Assembly (NCBI GenBank): GCA_964398475.1
Contig: CAYNMP010000003.1
Location: forward strand, 137,269 to 201,268
DNA length: 64,000 nt
Reading direction: 5' to 3'
Source of the DNA: an uncultured Chitinophagaceae bacterium
GTDB taxonomy: Bacteria; Bacteroidota; Bacteroidia; Chitinophagales; LD1
The notes below the pieces were generated by a model. It was given only the letters and a program-made list of their open reading frames with translations. It ran no database searches and was not told the origin of the DNA. Every line of letters starts with the position of its first letter. Position 1 is the stretch's first letter. Below, piece by piece: positions 1 through 9,948 of the stretch. Both the position numbers and the translations under genes were made by a program.

Positions 1-103
1 TTCAATCTTGGCGCATTTTTTTAATATGAAGCCCCCTCCTTTAATGTTCTTTAACAGAGTTCACAAATGATGATGAATAACCCTATTAATTTAAGGTCAG
101 GGC

Positions 104-130
104 AAAAAAAAGAGACCCACAGGTCTCTTT
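104..130 (-). terminator. Rho-independent terminator after the 149..817 gene
   Basis: Perfect 9-bp stem aaagagacc (109-117) / ggtctcttt (122-130) with a 4-nt loop. On the minus strand the hairpin runs into further T residues (A run 104-108 on +). Confidence 0.8.
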
Positions 131-148
131 CATTACTATATTTTAGGA

Positions 149-817
149 TTAAAGTTGTGCAGTAGCACGAGAGATGTATTTTTCGATATCCCGGCCTTCA
201 TCAGACATTGGATATTTTTCTTTCACTTTAGTGTATTGTTCGATTGCTTCTTTAAATTTCTTCTGCGTTTCCAAATACATACCCAATTTAACTAAGTAAT
301 AAGGTGTGAATTGGTCGTTTTCAGAAAAACCGGCTGCTTTAGCGTAATATTTTTCAGCATCGGCAGATTTATTTTGTTCTGCATAAGCATCGCCAATCGC
401 ATTCAACTTAGCCGCGCCTAATACAGCGTCAGACGTGCTGAATTTATCCAAATAGGTAACCGCATCAGCATATTTACCGGTATTCAAATAACAAATACCG
501 ATGTAGTAATTACAAAGGTTAGCGGCTTTTGTCCAACCGTATTTTTTCTGTACTTCTAAAAATCCTTTGTTTACACCATTTCCATTCAACGCTAAGTTGA
601 AAGAGTCTTTTTGGAAAGCGATTTCGGCCATAAATATTTCGCGTTGCGCTTTAAGATTGCGCTCCGGAAGCCATTTCAAGAAAATGAAAAGAGATGCAGC
701 AATAATCACCACTAAAGCGCCAGCGCCAATAGCCACAGCTTGTTTATTCTCTTCTACGAAATTTTCTACACGCTCCGCGAAATGCTGTACTGCTTGTATT
801 TCTTCTGTCTCTGCCAT
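149..817 (-). CDS. Membrane-anchored TPR-like repeat protein
   Basis: 222-aa ORF. One N-terminal hydrophobic helix (AVAIGAGALVVIIAASLFIFL) is followed by TPR-like helical repeats (NYYIGICYLNTGKYADAVTYLDKF, GDAYAEQNKSADAEKYYAKAA). Family-level call only. Confidence 0.6.
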   Translation of the reverse strand: MAETEEIQAVQHFAERVENFVEENKQAVAIGAGALVVIIAASLFIFLKWLPERNLKAQREIFMAEIAFQKDSFNLALNGNGVNKGFLEVQKKYGWTKAANLCNYYIGICYLNTGKYADAVTYLDKFSTSDAVLGAAKLNAIGDAYAEQNKSADAEKYYAKAAGFSENDQFTPYYLVKLGMYLETQKKFKEAIEQYTKVKEKYPMSDEGRDIEKYISRATAQL

Positions 818-842
818 AATTGTTGTTGTTTTTATTTATCGT

Positions 843-1835
843 TTATTCAGTTAAAAAAGGGTAATCGGCTTCTGCATAAATATCCTTATACAATTCATCA
901 TCGCTAGGGTAAGGCGATTCTTCTGCAAACTTCACGCAATCTTCCACTTGTTGATCAACGCGCTGTTGAATAACTTCAATCTCCGCTTGTGTTGCATACT
1001 TTTTCTTCACTATTGTATCCAAAGTGGTTTCAATGGGGTCGAGTTTCTTGTATTCTTCAACTTCCTCCTTGGTTCTGTACTTTTGTGGGTCCGACATGGA
1101 ATGCCCTTTGTATCGATAGGTGCAAATCTCCAAAAATGTAGGTCCTTCTCCGCTTCTGGCTCTATCGGCCGCTTTGGCAATGGCGTCATGAACGGTTTCG
1201 CACTGCATACCATCTACAGATTCTGAAGGCATATCGTAAGCTTCACCCAATGTTGCAATTTTGGTAACGTTTGAAGAACGCTTTACCGAAGTTCCCATGG
1301 CGTAACCATTGTTTTCGCAAACAAAAATTACCGGTAATTTCCACATCATGGCCATGTTAAATGTTTCGTGCAAAATACCCTGACGAGCAGCTCCATCGCC
1401 AAAAAAGCAAATGGTAACGTTTGATTTATCGAGATATTTATCGGCAAAAGCAATGCCTGCGCCTAAGCCAATTTGTGCTCCTACAATTCCGTGCCCGCCA
1501 AAAAAGTTGTGTTCTTTCGAGAAAAAGTGCATTGAGCCTCCTTTTCCCTTGGTGCAACCGGTTTCCTTTCCATATAACTCAGCCATAGCGGCATTACAGC
1601 TAATTCCTTTGGCAATAGCTAAAGCATGATCGCGATAAGCAGTAATTACCCGATCATCGGATTTTAAAGCCGACATCATTCCTGCAGCAACTGCTTCCTG
1701 ACCTATATATAAGTGACAAAAGCCACGAATTTTCTGTTGACCATAAAGCATACCCGCACGCTCCTCGAACTTGCGAAGAAGAAGCATCAGTTCATACCAA
1801 TAGAGATATGTTTCTTTAGTTAATTTTGTGGCCAT
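843..1835 (-). CDS. pdhA: TPP-dependent 2-oxoacid (pyruvate-type) dehydrogenase E1 alpha subunit
   Basis: 330-aa ORF with TPP-binding region FFGDGAARQG...ENNGYAMGT and the E1-alpha loop YRYKGHSMSDP. Confidence 0.8.
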   Translation of the reverse strand: MATKLTKETYLYWYELMLLLRKFEERAGMLYGQQKIRGFCHLYIGQEAVAAGMMSALKSDDRVITAYRDHALAIAKGISCNAAMAELYGKETGCTKGKGGSMHFFSKEHNFFGGHGIVGAQIGLGAGIAFADKYLDKSNVTICFFGDGAARQGILHETFNMAMMWKLPVIFVCENNGYAMGTSVKRSSNVTKIATLGEAYDMPSESVDGMQCETVHDAIAKAADRARSGEGPTFLEICTYRYKGHSMSDPQKYRTKEEVEEYKKLDPIETTLDTIVKKKYATQAEIEVIQQRVDQQVEDCVKFAEESPYPSDDELYKDIYAEADYPFLTE

Positions 1836-1941
1836 AACTTTTTAATAAAGCGGACAAACCTAAGTATTTTTTTTTATTTTAAGTTTTATCCCCTACAATG
1901 AAAATTTTACATAGGTTTCGGGGCCATAATTCGGGGAATGC

Positions 1942-3066
1942 ATGCCATCCAATGAAAATAGCGTTTTTTTACGAAAATTGACGCTCACCAACTTCAAAAA
2001 TCACACAAAACGTGATTTTCACCTCACCAAAAAGTTCACCGCTTTTGTGGGACAAAATGGTGTGGGCAAAACGAATTTGTTGGATTTAATCTACTTTTTG
2101 AGCCTGACGAAAAGCTTTTTCAACCTCACCGATCAACAACTGATTAAATGGAACGAGGCATTTGCAAGAATAGAGGCTGAAATCGATAAAAACGGTGAAA
2201 CGCTGGAATTAGTGGTTAAAATCCCACTCAACAAGCGTAAAGAGATTAATGTAAATGGTGCGGTTTACCAAAAGGCTGCTGAATATATTGGAACAATACC
2301 TTTGGTGATTATTTCGCCCGAAGACAGCGACATTATTCAAGGTGGCAGTGAGGAACGCAGAAAATTGTTTGATAATATTTTAGCACAAGTAGATGGTGCC
2401 TATTTAGAAGCGCTGATGGACTACAACAAAATTCTTGAACAACGCAATTCATTACTGAAAATCAAAGCAGAAAAACCGGCTACAGATATTAGTATGCTTG
2501 AGTTTTACAATTCGCGGTTAGCACACTCGGGTAGCTATATTTTTGGGAAACGCAAAGATATTTTTCAGCGTTTTGAAGCTGTATTTCAGCAGTTTTACTC
2601 CATCATCAGCGAAGAAAAGGAGCACGTAAAATGGCACTATGCCTCGCAATTATTAACCAAAGATTGGAATACCCTTTTTGAACAGCATTTACAAAAGGAT
2701 TTAGTGTTACAACGCACATCCGCAGGGATTCACCGCGATGATTTCGAGTTCACCATTCACAATGAAAAGATTAAGAAATTTGGCTCTCAAGGCCAGCAAA
2801 AATCGTTCACCATTGCATTAAAACTATCACTTTATCGCTATTTGCATGAAATGAAAGGTGTATTGCCTATTTTATTGATAGATGATTTGTTCGATAAACT
2901 CGACACGAAACGAATGAAGCAATTGATACGTATATTACAGGGAGATGAGTTTGGACAGGTATTTATGTCGGATACCGATATTTTGCGACTGGAGAAAGCT
3001 TTTGATGGAAATAGAGAACAAATTGAGATTTTTACCATAGATTTAGAGTCGAATGATACGGTATAA
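1942..3066 (+). CDS. recF: DNA replication and repair protein RecF
   Basis: 374 aa. N-terminus LRKLTLTNFKNH, Walker A GQNGVGKTNLLD, SMC-type signature GSQGQQKS, Walker B LLIDDLFDKLD. Confidence 0.9.
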   Translation: MPSNENSVFLRKLTLTNFKNHTKRDFHLTKKFTAFVGQNGVGKTNLLDLIYFLSLTKSFFNLTDQQLIKWNEAFARIEAEIDKNGETLELVVKIPLNKRKEINVNGAVYQKAAEYIGTIPLVIISPEDSDIIQGGSEERRKLFDNILAQVDGAYLEALMDYNKILEQRNSLLKIKAEKPATDISMLEFYNSRLAHSGSYIFGKRKDIFQRFEAVFQQFYSIISEEKEHVKWHYASQLLTKDWNTLFEQHLQKDLVLQRTSAGIHRDDFEFTIHNEKIKKFGSQGQQKSFTIALKLSLYRYLHEMKGVLPILLIDDLFDKLDTKRMKQLIRILQGDEFGQVFMSDTDILRLEKAFDGNREQIEIFTIDLESNDTV

Positions 3067-3343
3067 CGACATTAGCTTAGGGGATGCCATAAAAATGTGG
3101 ATTAGAGAAAGTGGTTTAGAAGAATCCATTGCCCAGTCCAAAATAGCATCACTTTGGGACACCCTAATGGGCGGACTGATTTCGAAACACACAAAAACAA
3201 TTGTATTAAAAGACAGAAAACTATTTATAACAGTAGATAATCCGGCTTTGAAAAACGAATTGCATTTTTCTCGTGCTAAAATCAAGGAAATGCTGAATAG
3301 AGAGTTGAAGGATGAGATTATTACGGAAGTTTTTATATATTGA
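3053..3343 (+). CDS. DUF721 (DciA-like) small protein
   Basis: 96 aa. Overlaps the recF 3-prime end by 14 nt, the usual recF-DUF721 arrangement. Segment KIASLWDTLMG...KLFITVDNPALKNELHF is typical of the family. Confidence 0.7.
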   Translation: MIRYNDISLGDAIKMWIRESGLEESIAQSKIASLWDTLMGGLISKHTKTIVLKDRKLFITVDNPALKNELHFSRAKIKEMLNRELKDEIITEVFIY

Positions 3344-3350
3344 GATTTGA

Positions 3351-5831
3351 ATGAAAAGATTTTTACTAGTCCTGTTTTTGATAGTTGGATGCCTCGCCCA
3401 AATATCTGCTCAAAGCGAAAATAAACCCGAAATTCAATATTGGGCGTTTATGGTGCGCAACACTGCGCGTTTGCAAGAAATTGCCTATCGGTTTCAAGTA
3501 ACGGAAGCAGATATCAAAAAAAATAGCGACCTAAAAGGCAAAACTGTATATCCCGGTAAAGTAATTGTGATTCCGGTAAAAGTTCGTCCGGCTACATGGG
3601 ACCCCACTAAATTCAACCCTAATAAGCCCTTTTTGAGTGGAGAAGATGCTCGGCCGCAATTGGATTTTGAATGGGACAATGATGCTCTCGACCCGCTTTT
3701 AAAAGATGATTACATCCTTATTTCTGAAATTAAAGGCGATTCGATTCAAACCGAAAAGATGAATAAACACATCGGTAAAATCGACAAACAAATTGCAGCA
3801 TTAACCCACCAAATAGATTCGATTAAAAACACTGAGTTCTCTTTTCAATATGACGAGAAAGACATGAATGCCGTGTTAAAAAGAATGGAAAAGGCTCGGC
3901 AGCGTTACTATGCGCAAAGTCCACTAGGTAAAGAAGTAGATAGTTTGAATGATGTAAAAACTAAATTGAACGAGGAGATTAATCGCTTACGCAATAAATT
4001 AAGCGAGTACGATTACTTAAACGAGAATGCTTATTACTTCGAAAAAAACAGAGAAGGAGAAGCAGATATGTTAGAACGGATTAACAACCGCCCGGGCGAA
4101 CAACTGATAGCAGAGAGCAATTACGTTAAAAAAGCGGATAACGATTTAAAGAAAGCAAAGCGTAAAAACAGAGTTAAAAAGAAAAAAAATCAGGCACCTG
4201 CACCGGTGGAAACGGAACAGCTTCTTGTAAGAGATATTGTGCCGGTTGACACATCGACATCGAACAAGGCTAGGCCAACGGTAGCTGCAGAAAACCATCC
4301 AAACGACAATACAGAAAAACAAGTTATTGAAACAGAACCGGCTAAAGTGGAACAAAAACCTACACCAACGGTTACTGAAATTAAAAAAGAAGAAACAACA
4401 CCTGTAGCACAAAACAGCAGCACAGAAAAAAAAGCGAATACACCTGTTGAGCAAAAAACAGAAGCACGTGTAGTTACTGAAAAAAACACTACAGAACCTG
4501 CCAAAGACGACAAGCTATTAACTACAAAATTAACGCTGAATTCTAATAACACTGCCGTTATGAAACCTAATGCGCAGCCTGAACCAACACCGGCTGTTGC
4601 GAGTGAAACGGTACAAAATACAAGCCCCTCTCTCCCAATAGAAACAAAGGAACTTCCAAAAGAAGAACCTGCCAAGGTGGTTGATCCCGTTGTAAAAGAA
4701 ACCGCAGCTGTTGCTGAAACTAATTCAACAATTGAAGCTGCACCTCAAACAATACCTGTTAAGGAAGAGCCTAAAGCTGAATCAACTACCGAACCGATTA
4801 AACCACAAGAGACTACACCCGTTGAACAACAGGTAACACAAACAGTTATTACAGAAAAGCCTACGCAAAAAGAGGAACCCGTTCCAACCCCTGCAATCGA
4901 GCAAAAAGTAGAAGAAGTAACACCGGAACGAAACACTACTTCATCCGTTCAAATTCCTCAAGAAAATGCCGTAAAGCCTCTTTCGGAGCGAGATTTATCG
5001 ATGAAAGAAGAAATTAAAAAAGCGATTGCCAATAAAGTTTTGGCTAAAGAAATTGATCCGTTAGATGAATATTCCGATAGTCCTGATTTTGCTTTCAAAG
5101 GGTTGAACTTCCAAAGCATTTCGGTAGGCAAAGGTAAAAACGGGCCAAAATACCTTACTCCGGTTGATCCGATTACTGCACTAAAAGCAAAAATTTGGAT
5201 TGAGAAATTTAAGGAAGAAATGAAAATTAAGGATTTCAAAAAAGCCGAATTGTATCTACGCAAGGCCATTGAAACCAATCCAAACTCAGCCGAATCGTGG
5301 ACCTATCATGCAGAAATGCTTTCAGCAGCAGGTGATGCACAAGAAGCGCAAAAAGAATATTTAATTGCAACTGCGATTGATGCGGCATTTGCCAGACCGT
5401 ATTACAAAATGGCGCTATTGTACGAAAACTCTAACAACGTTGAAAAGGCCTACGAATACTATGCTTTTGCCATTGAATCAGACAGTTCATTCTATAAAGC
5501 CTATCTAAACAGAGCGAATCTATCGTTGCGTCTAGGCGACTTAAAATCTGCAATTGATGATTACTCAACATTATTAGATGTAAACAAGAACTTTTCATTA
5601 GCGCATAAAGAACGTGGTGCATTACGCATGATGGATAGAGATTATGCCGGTGCTGTGGAAGACTTCAATGCTTATATGGAAATGGAAGATCCGTCAGGAG
5701 AAGTTTTGTATAAACGTGGTGTTGCCAAAGTGTATACCGGAAAAATTATAGAAGGTTGTAATGATTTTAATATGGCATTGCAATTAAAATATACGGATGC
5801 CGCTAAGGCCATCAAAAAATACTGCGAATAA
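3351..5831 (+). CDS. Secreted multidomain protein: LysM-like N-terminus, coiled coil, long P/T/E/K-rich linker, C-terminal TPR repeats
   Basis: 826 aa. Signal peptide MKRFLLVLFLIVGCLAQISAQ. LysM-like segment (RLQEIAYRFQVTEADIKKNSDLKGKTVYPGKVIVIP). About 280 aa of low complexity (roughly residues 270-550). TPR-like C-terminus (AELYLRKAIETNPNSAESW..., YYKMALLYENSNNVEKAYEYYAFAIESD...). Confidence 0.55.
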   Translation: MKRFLLVLFLIVGCLAQISAQSENKPEIQYWAFMVRNTARLQEIAYRFQVTEADIKKNSDLKGKTVYPGKVIVIPVKVRPATWDPTKFNPNKPFLSGEDARPQLDFEWDNDALDPLLKDDYILISEIKGDSIQTEKMNKHIGKIDKQIAALTHQIDSIKNTEFSFQYDEKDMNAVLKRMEKARQRYYAQSPLGKEVDSLNDVKTKLNEEINRLRNKLSEYDYLNENAYYFEKNREGEADMLERINNRPGEQLIAESNYVKKADNDLKKAKRKNRVKKKKNQAPAPVETEQLLVRDIVPVDTSTSNKARPTVAAENHPNDNTEKQVIETEPAKVEQKPTPTVTEIKKEETTPVAQNSSTEKKANTPVEQKTEARVVTEKNTTEPAKDDKLLTTKLTLNSNNTAVMKPNAQPEPTPAVASETVQNTSPSLPIETKELPKEEPAKVVDPVVKETAAVAETNSTIEAAPQTIPVKEEPKAESTTEPIKPQETTPVEQQVTQTVITEKPTQKEEPVPTPAIEQKVEEVTPERNTTSSVQIPQENAVKPLSERDLSMKEEIKKAIANKVLAKEIDPLDEYSDSPDFAFKGLNFQSISVGKGKNGPKYLTPVDPITALKAKIWIEKFKEEMKIKDFKKAELYLRKAIETNPNSAESWTYHAEMLSAAGDAQEAQKEYLIATAIDAAFARPYYKMALLYENSNNVEKAYEYYAFAIESDSSFYKAYLNRANLSLRLGDLKSAIDDYSTLLDVNKNFSLAHKERGALRMMDRDYAGAVEDFNAYMEMEDPSGEVLYKRGVAKVYTGKIIEGCNDFNMALQLKYTDAAKAIKKYCE

Positions 5832-5862
5832 TTTTGCCGCTAACCGCTCTTTATCTCTTATA

Positions 5863-7053
5863 ATGAACACACTTCAATTACCTAAAGTTATTATTCATAA
5901 CTCCAAGACAGATGCTATACTTCGCTTTCATCCATGGATTTTTTCCGGTGCAGTAAAAAGCAAAGACGACTCCATTAAAAACGACACCCTTGTAGAGGTA
6001 GTAAACGAGCGTGGTAAGTTTTTAGCCATTGGCTATTTCACACAGAGCAATATTGCTGTTCGTATTCTTTCGTTTTCGCCTATAGAATCGCTGCAGAACC
6101 TCTTTCAGGAAAAGATATGCAATGCATTTGAATCGCGAAAAACCATTGGTCTTACAAGTAATGCGAACACGAACACCTATCGATTAATTCATGCTGAAGG
6201 CGATGGTATTCCCGGGCTCATTATCGATTTTTACGATGGAGTATGTGTAGTTCAAGCGCACAGTGTTTTTATCGCTAAACAAATGGCATTGATTGCTGAA
6301 TGCCTCCAGAAGGTTTATGGAGAACAACTCGTTGCAGTATATAATAAAAGTAATAACACACTGCCCAAACATAACGAATACGGTAAAGATGAATTTGTTT
6401 TCGGCAAAGCAGAAACGCTTACAGTGAAAGAGAATGAAAATCTATTTCGTGTCGATTTTGTTACCGGACAAAAAACCGGTTTTTTTATCGACCAACGCGA
6501 AAACAGAAAATTGTTAGCGACCTATTCCAAAGGCAAAAAAGTATTGAATACCTTTTGTTATACCGGAGGATTTTCGGTGTATGCTGCAAAAGCCAATGCT
6601 CAGAAAGTTGTATCGGTTGATTCATCTGAAAAGGCGATGATTTTAACCGAACAAAACATTGCGATAAACAATTGCGAAACTATTCATGAATCGGTCACCA
6701 GCGATGTTTTCGATTACCTTAAAACGGTAAAGAAAGGCGACTTCGATGTGATTGTACTCGACCCACCGGCCTTTGCGAAGAACGTTGCAGCTCGTCACCA
6801 TGCCATTCAAGCCTATAAACGCATCAATTTAGAAGCCATGCAAAAGTTAGAGCAGGGAGGCATCTTGTTCACCTTCTCTTGCTCACAGGTGGTAAACTAC
6901 GATTTATTCCGTGGAGCAGTTACCGCTGCTGCCATTGAAGCCGGAAAAAACATTCGCATTTTGCATCAGTTGACACAACCACCCGACCATCCCATCAACA
7001 TTTTCCACCCTGAAGGGAACTACCTCAAAGGCTTGGTTTTGTTGGTTAACTAA
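5863..7053 (+). CDS. Class I SAM-dependent RNA methyltransferase, RlmI-like (PUA + methyltransferase)
   Basis: The ORF-track start 5797 overlaps the previous gene, so I trimmed to ATG 5863 (MNTLQLPK...). Motifs GQKTGFFIDQRENR, SAM-binding NTFCYTGGFSVYAA, and LDPPAFAK. Confidence 0.75.
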   Translation: MNTLQLPKVIIHNSKTDAILRFHPWIFSGAVKSKDDSIKNDTLVEVVNERGKFLAIGYFTQSNIAVRILSFSPIESLQNLFQEKICNAFESRKTIGLTSNANTNTYRLIHAEGDGIPGLIIDFYDGVCVVQAHSVFIAKQMALIAECLQKVYGEQLVAVYNKSNNTLPKHNEYGKDEFVFGKAETLTVKENENLFRVDFVTGQKTGFFIDQRENRKLLATYSKGKKVLNTFCYTGGFSVYAAKANAQKVVSVDSSEKAMILTEQNIAINNCETIHESVTSDVFDYLKTVKKGDFDVIVLDPPAFAKNVAARHHAIQAYKRINLEAMQKLEQGGILFTFSCSQVVNYDLFRGAVTAAAIEAGKNIRILHQLTQPPDHPINIFHPEGNYLKGLVLLVN

Positions 7054-7162
7054 TTTTAGCAATCCGTTTTGCAACCTTTTGCACGAAAATTGACGACTAT
7101 TGAATAAGTCCACTATTTTTGGGCAACTTAAATTTGATATAGCAAAAAACTAAAATCCGAAA

Positions 7163-8677
7163 ATGAAAGAAATGAACCGTGGAAGAAACTTAGTAAATCG
7201 TTTTTCGATGTCGTTTTTCTTCGCTACAATGCTCTTGTTATTGTCGGCAAAAACATTTGCCGGTAAAGGAACAGAAATCAAAATCACTGTTAAAGGTCTT
7301 GGCAACACGCAATTAATATTAGCCAATTATTATGGCGACAAACAGTACATCAAGGACACCTTTTTGATAGACAAATCAGACGTTTGTATTATCAAAATGG
7401 ATACCCTTCTTCCTCCGGGAATTTACCTAGCAGTTTTTCCGCAATTGAACAACAAGTACTTTGAATTTGTGGTGAGTGAGCCGAAAATTACTTTAGCTAC
7501 AGATACTTTTGATTTGGCCGGACACATGAAGGTAGAAGGTTCTGCAGAGAACAAAGTATTTTATGACGACATGTTTTTCTTGAGCGAAAAGCGCAAAGCA
7601 TTAGAAAAACAAAATGCCTTGCTTAGAGAAGCGAAAGACGAAAAAACAAAGAGCGAAGCAAAAGCTAATCTTCAAAAAATTGATGATGATGTAAAAGCAA
7701 AGCGATTGAGTGTAGAAAAAGACCATCCTACTACACTTTATGCTAAACTATTACGTTCTATGCGTGAACCGGAACTCAGCAAAGACGGACCGCGGAATTC
7801 GAAAGGCGTGCTTCTAGATTCAGCATGGCAATGGAGAGAATACAAAGCAAAATATTGGGACAATGTAGACCTAACCGATGATCGATTGATTCGAACGCCA
7901 ATTTTCCATAACAAACTTTCGTACTACTATACCAAAGTCATCATTCAAAATCCGGATACATTAATCAAAGATGGAGATGAATTGTTATCGAAGATGAACC
8001 CAAAAAACGACTTATTCCGTTACTCGTTAGTGTATATGCTCAACGAAATGGCAAAATCAAAAATCATGGGTTTTGATGCTGTATATGTCCATATCGTAAA
8101 TAAGTATTATGCCAAAGGATATACGCCTTGGGTTGATTCAACGCAGTTATATAAAATTGTGGAACGCGGTAGAATTTTGGACCCGCTTTTGATTGGCAAA
8201 AAAGCGAGGAATATTGTACTAGCCGATTCTACCTTGAAACAAATGCGTTCACTCTATGATGTGAAAAGCAGATATACCATTTTGGCGTTCTGGGATCCGG
8301 ATTGCGGCCATTGCAAAAAAGAAATTCCGAAATTGGCGGAGATATACCATAAAATGAAATCGGAAAAGATTGATGTAGAAGTTTATTCTCCGGGTATTTT
8401 TGATATTGCTGAAATTAAAAAATGGACAGATTTCATCAAAGAAAATAAGCTCGATTGGATAAATGTAGCTGACCCCTATCACCAAAACAATTTCCGCTTT
8501 GAATGGGATATTCAAAGTACACCGCAATTATTTATTTTGGATAAAGACAAATTGATTAAAGCGAAACGGATTGGCGTAGAGAATATTGAAGATTTTATCA
8601 AGCACGATATTGACCCGAAATATATTCCTAAGAATACTGCTCCTTTGGAAGAGAAAAAAGAAGTTGAAGAACATTAA
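7163..8677 (+). CDS. TlpA/thioredoxin-fold thiol-disulfide oxidoreductase-like protein with a long N-terminal domain
   Basis: 504 aa. N-terminal signal/anchor. C-terminal thioredoxin-like region with redox motif FWDPDCGHCKKEIPKL. Confidence 0.7.
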   Translation: MKEMNRGRNLVNRFSMSFFFATMLLLLSAKTFAGKGTEIKITVKGLGNTQLILANYYGDKQYIKDTFLIDKSDVCIIKMDTLLPPGIYLAVFPQLNNKYFEFVVSEPKITLATDTFDLAGHMKVEGSAENKVFYDDMFFLSEKRKALEKQNALLREAKDEKTKSEAKANLQKIDDDVKAKRLSVEKDHPTTLYAKLLRSMREPELSKDGPRNSKGVLLDSAWQWREYKAKYWDNVDLTDDRLIRTPIFHNKLSYYYTKVIIQNPDTLIKDGDELLSKMNPKNDLFRYSLVYMLNEMAKSKIMGFDAVYVHIVNKYYAKGYTPWVDSTQLYKIVERGRILDPLLIGKKARNIVLADSTLKQMRSLYDVKSRYTILAFWDPDCGHCKKEIPKLAEIYHKMKSEKIDVEVYSPGIFDIAEIKKWTDFIKENKLDWINVADPYHQNNFRFEWDIQSTPQLFILDKDKLIKAKRIGVENIEDFIKHDIDPKYIPKNTAPLEEKKEVEEH

Positions 8678-8716
8678 AAAGCTGCTGGGGGTTAGCTATT
8701 AGCTGCTAGACAAAAA

Positions 8717-8741
8717 CGCAGAAGGTAACTTCTGCGTTTTT
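8717..8741 (+). terminator. Rho-independent terminator
   Basis: Stem cgcagaag (8717-8724) / cttctgcg (8729-8736), loop gtaa, followed by ttttt (8737-8741). Lies 40 nt after the stop at 8677. Confidence 0.8.
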
Positions 8742-8806
8742 GTATTTTGTTCCGATAGTAAATGTTTACTTCGCTTTGAAACGTTTGTTTTTATTTATGT
8801 TCGTGT

Positions 8807-9781
8807 ATGATGCGAAAGCAGGTACGCCAATATTTCATCTTCTCCCCGGGTGAACGCAGAGCCGTTATTGCCTTGGGTACAATTACTATGCTACTAATCA
8901 TTCTCCCTTTCATTTACAGCCTATTGCATAAGGATGAAAATCCAAAAGTGGATACAGCTTTAGAAAGAGAAGTAGCAGCATTTAAAACGGAACTGGAACA
9001 AAAACTTGACACTAACGCTTTTTCGGAAAAATACAACTACTCTTCACCTCGTTATACGTCCTATGCATCCAAAGCAAAAGCAGATACAAAAGCATATCAA
9101 CTCTTTCCATTCGACCCGAATAAGATTAGCATCAACGAATGGATGGACTTAGGCTTGAGCGAAAAACAGGCCACAGTAATTGAACACTATAAAGCGAAAG
9201 GTGGAAAGTTTCGCAAGCCGGAAGACATACTTAAAATCTTTGTGTTGAGCGACCAAAAGAAACAAGAACTTTTACCGTATGTACGAATTGAAACAGATAC
9301 GCATACTATCGCGAATACTACAGAAACCGCAACCACAGTGAAAGAAGATATGCCGAAAGTATTTCCGAAGTTCAGTTACAAACCATTTTTTATTGATGTG
9401 AATAAGGCCGATTCTGCAGGCTTTGAAAAGCTGTATGGCATAGGGCCGAAGTTGGCTGCTCGTATTGTGAGATATAGAGAATGGTTAGGCGGATTTACGC
9501 ATGTAGAACAAGTAAAAGAAGTGTATGGCATTGCCGATTCTACCTTCAACAAATTCAGAGCTAACCTGGTGATGAGTAAAATGGAAGTAAAGAAGATAAA
9601 CATCAACACAGCTACTTATGAAGATTTCAAAGAACATCCCTACACAAGGCCACTGGCGGGTTATATTGTCAAATACAGGAAAAGTAATTCGTTATTTAAA
9701 TCAGTAGAGCAAATAGCGCGTGTGCCAAACATGACTGATAGTATCTACAAAAAATTATTGCCCTATGTGAAAGTGGAGTAA
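8807..9781 (+). CDS. ComEA-like helix-hairpin-helix DNA-binding protein
   Basis: 324 aa. N-terminal TM helix and two HhH-type modules (LYGIGPKLAARIVRYREWLGGF; ININTATYEDFKEHPY...). Confidence 0.6.
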   Translation: MMRKQVRQYFIFSPGERRAVIALGTITMLLIILPFIYSLLHKDENPKVDTALEREVAAFKTELEQKLDTNAFSEKYNYSSPRYTSYASKAKADTKAYQLFPFDPNKISINEWMDLGLSEKQATVIEHYKAKGGKFRKPEDILKIFVLSDQKKQELLPYVRIETDTHTIANTTETATTVKEDMPKVFPKFSYKPFFIDVNKADSAGFEKLYGIGPKLAARIVRYREWLGGFTHVEQVKEVYGIADSTFNKFRANLVMSKMEVKKININTATYEDFKEHPYTRPLAGYIVKYRKSNSLFKSVEQIARVPNMTDSIYKKLLPYVKVE

Positions 9782-9948
9782 TATATATCGGTTGTAGTCG
9801 AGTTTGTTCAAGTAAAACCATCATGCATAACGGCTCTAAGTAATTCTTCAACACCTATAGATGGTGATGTAGTAAATCTAAATCCATTTCTAAAGCCCCA
9901 ATTCAAACGCCTCTCCTTCTTCGCCTTTTTTCTGTAGCTTTGCCAAGT

